Assembly: GCA_026421205.1 (NCBI GenBank)
Contig: JAPKBM010000007.1
Span: 7,723-71,722, forward strand
Direction: 5' to 3'
Source: Planctomycetota bacterium
Lineage (GTDB): Bacteria; Planctomycetota; UBA1135
Length of the DNA: 64,000 nucleotides
The position numbers and the translations under genes were made by a program. A model generated the notes under the pieces. The model saw only the letters and a program-made list of their open reading frames with translations. It had not been told where the DNA came from and did not search any database. This document shows positions 35,689 to 44,171 of the stretch, piece by piece (position 1 is the first letter of the stretch; each line of letters starts with the position of its first letter).

Positions 35689-37799
35689 GGCGCAATCGTG
35701 ACGGAGCCTTGATAGGGCATGCCATCTTTCCAGCCAGAATATGCTGTGGCCGTGGTGGAGCCAATATCTCCGAAGCCGCCGTCGTACAGATTGGCGTCGC
35801 TGTTAAACCGGACGTGCCACGTTCCGCTTTGCGGAAAGCCAAGGCTGTAACTGGTCTTTGTATTGCTGGAAAAATTAAGCAAAATGATGGTGTCATCTCC
35901 AGCGCCGCCCTGATCCCATCGGTGGTAAGCAATAAGCTTGTCCGAATTATTCACATGGTGCACGTTGGTATTTGCACCCTTGAGCCCGGCAGTATTTGCG
36001 AAGTTATTTTTTCTTAGGCTAATCAAATCTTTATAAAGCCGATGGATTCCGCTAAAGGAAATATACTTTCCCCAGTCTAAGGGGTCATTGTCATCGAAGA
36101 ATCCGTCTTCAAGAAATTCTTGACCTTGAAAGAGTTGCGGAATTCCGGCAGTTGTGAATAATGCCGCGGCGATGAGTGTGGAGCGTTTTTTGGAGTGCCA
36201 ACTGTCCGCATTGCCCGGGTAAATTTCTTCAGGAACGCGGGACTTCCCATTGGCCACCTCATCATGAGATTCCGTGTAGATCACGCGCTCAAAAGGACCT
36301 CCGTTATATGCGAAGGTGATCGCATCACGCACACTGTACATGTCTCTGTTTTGATCACTAGAGGCAATGGCGGCGTCACGCATCGGATGAACGAAGTTTG
36401 GATCCCATTGGCTGTCAAATCCTGCGCCACCGGATGATGTTGGCTTGGTGAGCCACTCATTGCTCCACATGTCTTCGGCAATATTGATTTTCCCCCCAAG
36501 GGACTGATTGATTTCATCGTTAATCCATTGCATCAAGGACCATGCGTCTCCATTGTCACCCCAGGCGTCATTGCGCATGTAAGAGGTGGCGTCCCATCGA
36601 AGTCCATCTACGTGGTATTCCTCAAACCAAAAAAGAACATTGTCGCGGATGTATTTCCGGACTTCGTCGCTTCCGTAGTTTGGCCGCGTGTCTCCCCATG
36701 GGGTTACCGCACGCGCGTTGTTGTAAAAATAAATACCACCGTAGTTACCAACGCCCCAGCCATCAAAGCGCCAAAGGTCCATTTCCGTGGGCCCCCAGTG
36801 GTTGTAAAGAACGTCCAACATGACGGCAATGCCTTTTTGATGCGCCGCTTTAATGAAAGCGCGGAGTTCGTCAGGTGTGCCATAGGTCGACTCAACAGCA
36901 AAAGGATGCCCGTAGTTGTAGCCCCAAGAACGGTCGCCCGAAAATTCGCAAATGGGCATCAGTTCAATGGCATTGATGCCGAGGTCGGCGAGGTAGTCCA
37001 GGCGTTGGGCGGCGTCATTAAGATTGCCGATGTTCATGCCGCTTGGATTGAACGTGCCCAAGTGCATTTCATACACCACAAGTTCGTTCCAACTTGGAGC
37101 TTGAAAATTATCCCCGGACCAATCAAAGCCGGCCGGGTCCACGATGACCGAGTCACCGGTAGAACTAGTGACTTGTCGAGCGCGGGGGTCATTGCGCCAG
37201 TGGTCGGCGTTGCCCGCATCCATGATGAATTGGTATTTTCCACCGGCCAAGAGATGGCGAATGTCGATGGACCAGGTTCCACTCCCTTCAGAAGCAAGAG
37301 GTGTGACCGAGGAAGACCAGCCGTTAAAGTCCCCGGCAAGTTTTACTCCAATGGCGTTGGGCGCCCAAACACGGAAGGAGGTAGCCCCATTAAAAACATT
37401 GGCTCCCATGCCAGCGTGGGCCGAAGGGATGGGGTCGGTGTTGGTGTTGAGGTCAAAGGTGGTTCCAGTTTCATGCCAAACGCCAATCCACCAAATACCC
37501 GTTTCCAAAGCGGGGGTGGTGGCGCTGTTGACTAGGATTTCCTCATCTCGTAAACCGTTCTTTGCAGAGCGGGCATCCCAATTCCTGTGCTTGGGCTTTC
37601 CGCCAAAGCGAAGGTAAAGATCTGCACGGCCACCCTGAAGGTTGATGAGCTCCGCCTGAAGTTGCGGGTGCCAGTTGCTCACGATGACACGGTGGTAAGT
37701 CCACTCCCAAGAATGAGGCGCTACGGCCCCACTTTGCGGAGGGGCAACGGATGTTTGGGCAAGGGGCGCAAACAGGAGAGGGAGTAGGGCAAGCAACAT
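35661..37799 (-). CDS. GH13 alpha-glucan-active enzyme, GlgB-like, with signal peptide, PPC-like domain and CBM48
   Basis: N-terminal MLLALLPLLFAPLAQTS. PPC-like GRADLYLRFGGKP...IWWIGVW. CBM48 FRVWAPNAIGVKLAGDFNGW. GH13 regions DVLYNHWG, GLRWDATSYM, NIAEDMW, YTESHDEVANGK. Confidence 0.85.
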   Translation of the reverse strand: MLLALLPLLFAPLAQTSVAPPQSGAVAPHSWEWTYHRVIVSNWHPQLQAELINLQGGRADLYLRFGGKPKHRNWDARSAKNGLRDEEILVNSATTPALETGIWWIGVWHETGTTFDLNTNTDPIPSAHAGMGANVFNGATSFRVWAPNAIGVKLAGDFNGWSSSVTPLASEGSGTWSIDIRHLLAGGKYQFIMDAGNADHWRNDPRARQVTSSTGDSVIVDPAGFDWSGDNFQAPSWNELVVYEMHLGTFNPSGMNIGNLNDAAQRLDYLADLGINAIELMPICEFSGDRSWGYNYGHPFAVESTYGTPDELRAFIKAAHQKGIAVMLDVLYNHWGPTEMDLWRFDGWGVGNYGGIYFYNNARAVTPWGDTRPNYGSDEVRKYIRDNVLFWFEEYHVDGLRWDATSYMRNDAWGDNGDAWSLMQWINDEINQSLGGKINIAEDMWSNEWLTKPTSSGGAGFDSQWDPNFVHPMRDAAIASSDQNRDMYSVRDAITFAYNGGPFERVIYTESHDEVANGKSRVPEEIYPGNADSWHSKKRSTLIAAALFTTAGIPQLFQGQEFLEDGFFDDNDPLDWGKYISFSGIHRLYKDLISLRKNNFANTAGLKGANTNVHHVNNSDKLIAYHRWDQGGAGDDTIILLNFSSNTKTSYSLGFPQSGTWHVRFNSDANLYDGGFGDIGSTTATAYSGWKDGMPYQGSVTIAPYSALILSQ

Positions 37800-37893
37800 G
37801 CGATTTCCTAACTTCTAATCCTATCATGGGGAGAAGGGGCTCGCTGAAAGGGGAGGGTGGTTTTTCAAAAACGGGGTTTTGTAAACTTTGTGC

Positions 37894-38247
37894 ATGGAAA
37901 TCGTCGCCTGGTTGAATCTAGCCTGTTCCAAGTGTCGCGCCCTGAAAGCAATCCTGGAAGAGCGAGGGCTCGACGCAGAACTTCGTTACTACTTAGAGAA
38001 TCCTCCAAAGGCCGACGAAATCAGTGAACTCTTGGTGGCCTTGGGGGAATCGGACCCCGTCGTTTTAATTCGCCAGAAGGAACACCTCTGGATCGAGCTT
38101 GCCCTGGCCGAAGCCTCGGCAGAAGAAAAGATTCAGGCGATTGTGAAGCACCCAGAACTTTTTAATCGGCCCGTGTTGGTTGTAAACGGAAAGGCGGTGG
38201 TGGCTCGGCCAGTTGACTTGGCGCTTCCGCTATTAGGCTCGTCTTAA
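37894..38247 (+). CDS. ArsC-family reductase (arsenate reductase/Spx/YffB fold)
   Basis: Aligns with R773 ArsC: LNLACSKCR (vs NPACGTSR), YLENPP, HPELFNRPVLV. Confidence 0.7.
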   Translation: MEIVAWLNLACSKCRALKAILEERGLDAELRYYLENPPKADEISELLVALGESDPVVLIRQKEHLWIELALAEASAEEKIQAIVKHPELFNRPVLVVNGKAVVARPVDLALPLLGSS

Positions 38248-40232
38248 GGTAAACCTGACGCGCTTCGAAAGTGTTTCTGTGCGGAATAAAGATTGCTTCG
38301 CTGACGCATGCCACGGTTTCCGGGCGATAAGCGAAGCGCTTGCCGCATTGCATTTGCTGCATTGGACCAGTCTCCTTGCGACGCATAAACCGCAGCCAAG
38401 GCGTCCAAGGCATCGGCGTCTTGATTGCGTGACATTTTGCAAGCTGTTTGCGCGGCTCGAAGTGCTTCTTGCGCGTTCCGGAACTTTGGATTTGCGTGAC
38501 ACCCGCGAATCCATGCCAAGGTCGTCATGGCAACCAGTTCGTTCCCTTTGGGCGGAAGCGCAAACAAGAGCTCATTCAGCGCGGCAGCGGTCTTTCCTTC
38601 TCCGGCCAAAGCAAGCCCTAGAAAAGCATGGGCTGCAGGGACCGCTGGAATGAGACTCGTGGCCTTTTTTAATTCAACAACTGCCAAGGACCAGGCCTGT
38701 TGCCCTGTGAGTGCGGCGCCAATTGTCAAATGCGTGCGCCCCATTTTTGCGGAACGGTCTTTGCGATCTGGGGAAAGCAGTGCGCGTCGACCTGCTGCAA
38801 TGGCGGTCGTAAAATCTTCCTTCCGCAAGGCGTGAAAACTTCGGCAGTAGTTTGCGTCCCAACTTCCCGGGTAATAATGCTCCAGCTTCTGGATCCATGC
38901 ATCGGCATTTTTTGGATTTCCAAATTGCACCAAAGAGGAAAGGCTGGACAGGTCAGCGGGATCTAATTCCACCGCCTTGGCCCACATGCGAAGCGCCTCT
39001 TGCCGTTCCCCGTTTCGCCACTGAATAGCCGCATGGTTGGCGAGTGCCGCGGAAGACGTGGGTGTTTTTTGCACTGTGTCCGCCCAAAGGGTCTCCACGT
39101 TTTCGTAAATCTTTGATTGCTGGAAACTAAGGCCCATGAGCGGAAGGGCAACGATTAGGGGCGTCCAACGCGGAAGTTTAGGGTGGGATAGCGCAAAGCC
39201 AAACATGGCGAAGACGGCCGCCGCCGCGTGGTATTGAAAGTGGTCGGCAATCCAGGAAAATTTATGCGGGTATACATTGAAAAAACTCAGCGCCGGAAAA
39301 AGGACACCTCCGAAAATTAAAACCCCAGCAAGAGGTCCACGCCCGATGCGGGCTCGATATTTCCAGAGCAAAAAAAGGACCAGAAAAAGAGAGAGAGGCC
39401 AAGCCCAAGAAAGAGCATCGGCCGTGTTGGGAATCCATCGGTGATAAAAGAAGGCTAAGTCGTGCGGCCAAACTAATTTACTGAGATAAAGCCAGCACGC
39501 CTTTCCCGCCACAAGGGCGCGCTCAGCAAAAGAAAAATCCCAGTAATGCCCTGAAGCATGGACGTGATCCTTTTCCAGCCTGGCGGTGTACAGTCCAAAA
39601 CTAACGCCAACGGGAATCCAGGCGGTCAAGCTGAGGGCGGGTCGGCGAGGAAGTTTTCCGTGCTTCCACCAAAGTAAAACTAAGAGCACGGCGGGCAAGG
39701 ATGCCGTGACCGTTTTGGAAAGAAGGGCACCAAGGAAAAGAGCGGAGGCGCCGGCGTACGTTTTCCATTTCTTGTTTTCTTGGAACCGTAACCACTGAAG
39801 GGCTGCTGCAAAAACAAGGACCCCGGAAAGAACGTTTTTCCGTTCCGTTACCCATGCCACGGATTCTGTCATCACGGGGTGAACGGCAAAAAGAAGTCCT
39901 GCAACCCAAGCGCCGCGGAGTCCAAGTTTCCGCAGAAGCTTCCAAAGCAAGATGGCCCCGAGTCCATGGAGCAGAATATTGACCAAGTGAAAGCCCATCG
40001 GGCTTTGTCCCCAAAGTCGGGTCTCTATCCAGAAGCTTGTGTGAACAACGGGGTAGTACTGAGGTGTTTTCGATGGGTCCAGCCAAATATCCGCCAATCC
40101 ACCGCTCTCAACCAAAGTCCGGTTGTGAAGAATGTAGTCATCGTCATCCCAAATCCACCCATTGCTTAGAGTGGGCAGGAAGGCCAAAAGGGCGGCAACC
40201 ACAAGGGCGCCAGCGGGGAGGAATCGACTCAC
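38244..40232 (-). CDS. TMTC-like multi-pass membrane protein (GT-C/PMT-like) with C-terminal TPR repeats
   Basis: NGWIWDDDDYILHN, FHLVNILLHG, FAVHPVMTESVAWVTERKN, then about 10 TM segments and TPR repeats. I trimmed the start to GTG 40232 because the longer ORF (to 40331) runs into the tRNA gene. Confidence 0.7.
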   Translation of the reverse strand: MSRFLPAGALVVAALLAFLPTLSNGWIWDDDDYILHNRTLVESGGLADIWLDPSKTPQYYPVVHTSFWIETRLWGQSPMGFHLVNILLHGLGAILLWKLLRKLGLRGAWVAGLLFAVHPVMTESVAWVTERKNVLSGVLVFAAALQWLRFQENKKWKTYAGASALFLGALLSKTVTASLPAVLLVLLWWKHGKLPRRPALSLTAWIPVGVSFGLYTARLEKDHVHASGHYWDFSFAERALVAGKACWLYLSKLVWPHDLAFFYHRWIPNTADALSWAWPLSLFLVLFLLWKYRARIGRGPLAGVLIFGGVLFPALSFFNVYPHKFSWIADHFQYHAAAAVFAMFGFALSHPKLPRWTPLIVALPLMGLSFQQSKIYENVETLWADTVQKTPTSSAALANHAAIQWRNGERQEALRMWAKAVELDPADLSSLSSLVQFGNPKNADAWIQKLEHYYPGSWDANYCRSFHALRKEDFTTAIAAGRRALLSPDRKDRSAKMGRTHLTIGAALTGQQAWSLAVVELKKATSLIPAVPAAHAFLGLALAGEGKTAAALNELLFALPPKGNELVAMTTLAWIRGCHANPKFRNAQEALRAAQTACKMSRNQDADALDALAAVYASQGDWSNAANAMRQALRLSPGNRGMRQRSNLYSAQKHFRSASGLP

Positions 40233-40269
40233 GCAGAAAAGCCTACAAAAGCCCCTCGGAAGGTAAAAA

Positions 40270-40346
40270 TGGCGCGCCCGGCACGATTCGAACGTGCGAC
40301 TTACAGCTTCGGAGGCTGTCACTCTATCCAACTGAGCTACGGGCGC
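40270..40346 (-). tRNA. tRNA-Arg (anticodon CCG), CCA encoded
   Basis: Reverse complement reads GCGCCCG-TA-GCTC-AGTTGGATA-GAGT-G-ACAGC-CTCCGAA-GCTGT-AAGTC-GCACG-TTCGAAT-CGTGC-CGGGCGC-G-CCA. All four stems pair and the T-loop is TTCGAAT. Confidence 0.95.
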
Positions 40347-40525
40347 GTCCGAGAGGCGAACAGGATACGATTTCGGGGGGAATTCGTCCCCTATTTTTCC
40401 GGGAGTCCGGGAAAGAAGCCGTTACTCTGAAGGAGGTGCTCTTAGATAGCAATAAGAAAAAAGGGCTTCACGGCAGAAAAACCCTGCTACTCTGGTTTCA
40501 GCCCCTCGGCTCTTCGAACAACGCA

Positions 40526-41431
40526 ATGCGCCCCACATCACAATCAGTCATCGCTGCCCTCCTCCTGGGCACCGCCGGGGTTTGGATTGGCCTTGAGGTC
40601 ACCCAGACGACCCTTCTGGCTTCTGCGGGACGCTCTTTGGCCCTTGAGGATATTGACGGAGACGGCTTAGATGACCTTTTGGAGTTTCGCATTGGTTCTA
40701 ATCCCTACTCAGTGGACTCGGACGCGGACACCCTTTCTGATTTGGAAGAGATGCTCCTTGGCACAGATCCTCTCATTTGGGACGATCTCTCGAAGATCAC
40801 GCCGTCGGCCGGCCTTTACGCCGATGCTTATGCACAAGCCGACTCCATCTATTTGTCCGTCAATCTGATAGGCCAAACCAGCGCCGTCAGTGTGGAGTAT
40901 TCCATGGCCAGACAGCAATCTCTCGTGACCGTCACTGCTGCCGCAGCTCAGCCTTATCTTGTGGCCTACTCGGAAACCACCTCTAGCCGTCCGGGCTGGT
41001 ATATCCAAAGAGCCACTTACGCCTTCCCGCGCAGCTGGTTTGAGTCGGAATTGAGCAGTGCCTTTGCGGTCACCGCCATTGTGGATGGGGTTCAATCTTC
41101 CCAAACGCGCATGTTCACCCATGTGGACCACATCCTGTCCGAAGTACGCTTCCCACAAGGATCTGGTCGTCAAGGATCTAGTACGCCAACAGGCGGTCTT
41201 GTTCCTCTGGAGCCATCTGGAGGCGGAGAGCCTCCTTACCCAGGCAACTCAGACGAAGTTTGTGTCCAAACCCTGCAGCCCATAGGCAGTTTTGGCGGTG
41301 GTCGCGTGGCTTACCGCGTTTCTGCGGCCGGTTGCGCCCCGATGGCCAGTGCCACCTGTTTCACCGGTTGTAGCACTTCGATTGAGGATGTATTGATTGG
41401 CATCGACATCATTGGCCTCCTAGGGGGCTGA
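40526..41431 (+). CDS. Secreted protein with thrombospondin-type-3-like calcium-binding repeats and a Cys-containing C-terminus
   Basis: Signal/TM AALLLGTAGVWIGL, then DIDGDGLDDLLEFRIGSNPYSVDSDADTLSDLEEMLLGTDP. ATG 40526; the upstream part of the ORF crosses the tRNA. Confidence 0.5.
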   Translation: MRPTSQSVIAALLLGTAGVWIGLEVTQTTLLASAGRSLALEDIDGDGLDDLLEFRIGSNPYSVDSDADTLSDLEEMLLGTDPLIWDDLSKITPSAGLYADAYAQADSIYLSVNLIGQTSAVSVEYSMARQQSLVTVTAAAAQPYLVAYSETTSSRPGWYIQRATYAFPRSWFESELSSAFAVTAIVDGVQSSQTRMFTHVDHILSEVRFPQGSGRQGSSTPTGGLVPLEPSGGGEPPYPGNSDEVCVQTLQPIGSFGGGRVAYRVSAAGCAPMASATCFTGCSTSIEDVLIGIDIIGLLGG

Positions 41432-41456
41432 GAATAATAGGAAGTCGCAAATAAGA

Positions 41457-41490
41457 AAAAGCGCCCTCGTTTTAGCGGGGGCGCTTTCTT
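41457..41490 (+). terminator. Rho-independent terminator candidate
   Basis: AAAGCGCCC-(12 nt)-GGGCGCTTT followed by CTTATT, 26 nt after the stop at 41431. Confidence 0.6.
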
Positions 41491-41561
41491 ATTATCCCTC
41501 TAACTCTCGTTTAATAAAGTAGTTAGACTCATCACCCGCGGAAAAAACTCCTTTCCCCTTT

Positions 41562-42218
41562 TTGGGAACCTTTTGCGCTGGGTCCCCGTCCTACTCCTTG
41601 AATTCCGTGCCCTCCTCTGAAGAACAGCTCGTTAAAGACTGCCAAGCAGCAAGGGGCGTGGATTTTGAAGCGGCCTTCGGTCGCCTCTACGCTCTCTATA
41701 AAGACCGGGTTTACACCATCTGCTTTCGTGTCACAGGCAACCAAGACGACGCCCTTGACGCGGCCCAAGAGACCATGGTTACGCTTGCAAGACGCATCAG
41801 TGACTTTCAATTCCGAAGCCGTTTTTCGTCCTGGGTCTACCGAATTTCCGTAAACGCCGCCATCGACACCCGTCGCCGTCGGCTGGATGCCCCTCGGGGC
41901 AAAGTGCGGACGCACGTCGGCTCTGGAAAGGAGGAAGGCTGGATGGCAGACAGCACTGCAGAGGGCAGAGATTCTGACCCTGTGGTTTCCGCGCAACGCA
42001 CGGAATCCATGCAAGCAGTTCGAGATGCGCTCGCAAATATCAATCCGAAGTTTGCTAGCCTTCTTGTTCTCCGATATCTCCAAGATCTTTCTTACGAACA
42101 GATCGCAGAAACTTTGGATTGCAGTTTGGGCACCGTGAAATCAAGGCTTAACCGAGCCCACACGGCGCTTCGTGAACATTTGTCTCAAAGAGGCGGCACC
42201 AGCCACTCTATCTCTTAA
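41562..42218 (+). CDS. ECF-type RNA polymerase sigma factor
   Basis: Region 2 DALDAAQETMVTLARR...FSSWVYRISVNAAIDTRRRR. Region 4 FASLLVLRYLQDLSYEQIAETLDCSLGTVKSRLNRAH. The start is uncertain: TTG 41562, or in-frame TTG 41598 / GTG 41607 if the promoter candidate is real. Confidence 0.85.
   Translation: MGTFCAGSPSYSLNSVPSSEEQLVKDCQAARGVDFEAAFGRLYALYKDRVYTICFRVTGNQDDALDAAQETMVTLARRISDFQFRSRFSSWVYRISVNAAIDTRRRRLDAPRGKVRTHVGSGKEEGWMADSTAEGRDSDPVVSAQRTESMQAVRDALANINPKFASLLVLRYLQDLSYEQIAETLDCSLGTVKSRLNRAHTALREHLSQRGGTSHSIS
41565..41590 (+). promoter_or_regulatory. ECF-type promoter candidate (GGAAC-N17-CGTC)
   Basis: GGAAC at 41565-41569 and CGTC at 41587-41590 with a 17-nt spacer, immediately upstream of or inside the 5' end of the ECF sigma ORF. 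This fits autoregulation. Confidence 0.35.
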
Positions 42219-42220
42219 TC

Positions 42221-42664
42221 ATGAACGAACCTTCCTACCAGCCCCTTCCCACTGACCTTGAGCAGACGCTCCGAGGCATGGGTGGTTTGGAAGCACCACA
42301 AGAGTTAGATGACCGGGTTGCCCTCTCGTTGACCGCAGTAGAACCCGCACCGGAAGAATTATGGACTCGGGTTCAGTCCGTTTTGGCAGAAGAGGCGTCG
42401 GCTGACGTTTCCTCCACCACGCGGATTCTCTCCTTCCGTCGATTCGCAGCCGCGGCCGCCGTCATGGTGGTTTTGGGGGCTGGCTTGTGGATGGGCGGAG
42501 TTTTTTCCGGAGCCTCTCAAGGGTCGGTTTCTTTAGAGACCCTCAGAGATCAATATGGTGCACGCGTTTTAGTCTTACGTGTTGAGCCTTCCCAGTTGTC
42601 CGCTACAGCCCAGGGCTTGGCCGGCTCACTTGGAGCACCCGTGAGCGGAGGCAAGTCTTTATGA
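42221..42664 (+). CDS. Putative anti-sigma factor (single TM)
   Basis: It begins 2 nt after the sigma stop and has a central TM segment (AAAAVMVVLGAGLWMGGVF). Confidence 0.5.
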   Translation: MNEPSYQPLPTDLEQTLRGMGGLEAPQELDDRVALSLTAVEPAPEELWTRVQSVLAEEASADVSSTTRILSFRRFAAAAAVMVVLGAGLWMGGVFSGASQGSVSLETLRDQYGARVLVLRVEPSQLSATAQGLAGSLGAPVSGGKSL

Positions 42665-43704
42665 CACGGCTTTTTGCCTTCAGCCTTGCCTTGGCTTTTG
42701 CCAGTACAGCTTGTTTGCCACAACCCCAAGGAACGGACGCGCAAGGTCGGTCCGTGAATGTCACGGTGGGTGGTTCGGGTACGGCGGGGCAAGGCGCTTC
42801 CGGCCAGACGCAAACACTGCCGGATGTTTTTGCCCCGGAGACCGAGCTTCTTCGGATGGAGCGTGAATTTTCCGTTCTTGGCATTGATGGCGTTTACGAG
42901 CATTTCTCTGAAGTCCTCCTGGCCGATGGTCAGGGAGCATTCCGCCTAGACGTCGTGGGTTGGGCCACAGGGAACACCACAAACCGCTGGGCGCCGTCGG
43001 GAGAAACAATTGCAACCTATGAGCGTCGGCAACGCTACCTCGTTCGGTATCGAGACCTTCATCTCGGCCTCACGGAAGACGTGGTTGCAAACTATTCTTT
43101 TCATTCATCTCCTCAGGCCGTGTCCATTGCAGGGCGGCTTTGTCACCAATACAGTTTTCACTCACGAAATGGTTTTGGTGACCTGACTCTTTTGGTAGAC
43201 CAAGACACTTCACTTTTGATGGGTTGGACCCTGTTCAATCCGGACGGCGTTGAAGTCATGAAGTCCGAGGTCACGGCTCTTGATTTTGCACCGGATTTGT
43301 CGGGCGTGGTTTGGTCCGAGCCCACGGTTGCACAAGACCCATTCCAAAGTCCCGGCGATGAAACTACCTTGGGGTTTGCGCCCCTACAAATTCATTACAC
43401 CCCTCCAGGGTTTCAGGAATTGCACGAGAAAATGTTGTTAACGGAAGCTCTTTTTCAAGACATTCCAAACATTCATCTCACCGCATTTTCCGACGGCCTC
43501 CGCACGCTTTTTGTTGCGCAACAGGCCCCTGTCGGTCCGTCTACTGGAAATACGTTGCCTGGAGATCGGGTGCATTTTGCCCGTGAATCCGCCATCGGTG
43601 GAATTCGTGTGATTGACGGAGAAATTAGACAACAGCCTGTTTTTGTAGTGGGTGCACTGCCTTCTAATGAATTAGTCGGCATTTTTGGATCCATCGATCA
43701 GTAG
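42661..43704 (+). CDS. Lipoprotein in the third position of the ECF operon (RseB/MucB-like role inferred)
   Basis: Lipobox AFASTAC, ATGA overlap with the anti-sigma gene, 347 aa. The functional analogy rests on operon position only. Confidence 0.45.
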   Translation: MTRLFAFSLALAFASTACLPQPQGTDAQGRSVNVTVGGSGTAGQGASGQTQTLPDVFAPETELLRMEREFSVLGIDGVYEHFSEVLLADGQGAFRLDVVGWATGNTTNRWAPSGETIATYERRQRYLVRYRDLHLGLTEDVVANYSFHSSPQAVSIAGRLCHQYSFHSRNGFGDLTLLVDQDTSLLMGWTLFNPDGVEVMKSEVTALDFAPDLSGVVWSEPTVAQDPFQSPGDETTLGFAPLQIHYTPPGFQELHEKMLLTEALFQDIPNIHLTAFSDGLRTLFVAQQAPVGPSTGNTLPGDRVHFARESAIGGIRVIDGEIRQQPVFVVGALPSNELVGIFGSIDQ

Positions 43705-43710
43705 GAAAAT

Positions 43711-43730
43711 CCCGCAGGGCGGCTTTTTTT
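43711..43730 (+). terminator. Weak Rho-independent terminator candidate
   Basis: CCGC-AGG-GCGG short hairpin followed by CTTTTTTT, 7 nt after the stop at 43704. Confidence 0.4.
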
Positions 43731-43763
43731 GGGGTAGTTTTCTAGTGTCCCTCACTAGGTCAA

Positions 43764-44171
43764 ATGTCTCGCCCCTTCCCCTCCATTCCAGAAGCCCAAA
43801 TGCGGCAGCCCGCATTTCGCCGGCAAATGATCCAAAAAATTGAATCGGTCATGGCGGTCATGGAAATTATGCGCATCCGCGTGCGCATGAGCCAGGGGCA
43901 ACCAGGCGCAAACTCTTTGCGGCTACAGCGCACCCGTTCTGATGCGGAACGCATTCTTCAGGTTTGTCTTCGTGCGCGTTGGCAGCTGCAAAACTGGAGC
44001 CCCTCTCAACCGATGGAGTCCGGCATGAGTTACCGAGAATATTTAGAAGTGCTTTCTTACGAAGAATACGTTCGAATGAACAAACAGGGACCCATTCAAC
44101 AAGACGAGCTTGAGTCGGTCGACCTTGATGCGCTCTGCGCGAAACTTTTGCGCTCGGATTCCGCAGCCTAA
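43764..44171 (+). CDS. Hypothetical protein
   Basis: 135-aa ORF with an ATG start and no recognisable motif. Confidence 0.35.
   Translation: MSRPFPSIPEAQMRQPAFRRQMIQKIESVMAVMEIMRIRVRMSQGQPGANSLRLQRTRSDAERILQVCLRARWQLQNWSPSQPMESGMSYREYLEVLSYEEYVRMNKQGPIQQDELESVDLDALCAKLLRSDSAA

Noticed and set aside
36528-37535. 335-aa plus-strand ORF (and 36542-36823, 37144-37617) lying inside the GH13 gene
   Set aside because: It is antisense to a gene whose minus-strand frame carries all GH13 and CBM48 motifs. The plus-strand translation is low-complexity (V/G/R/P-rich) with no motif. This is a typical antisense shadow ORF.
40037-40525. 5' part of the 464-aa ORF (and the 40233-40331 part of the 695-aa minus ORF) overlapping tRNA-Arg
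   Set aside because: Both long ORFs run through a textbook tRNA gene (40270-40346). The segment translated across the tRNA (GTIRTCDLQLRRLSLYPTELRA) is simply the tRNA read as protein. I moved the starts to ATG 40526 and GTG 40232.
40233-40525. tRNA-Arg as a possible integration site for a genomic island
   Set aside because: No integrase or recombinase gene lies on either side. I noticed no duplicated copy of the tRNA 3' end, and the neighbouring genes have ordinary composition.
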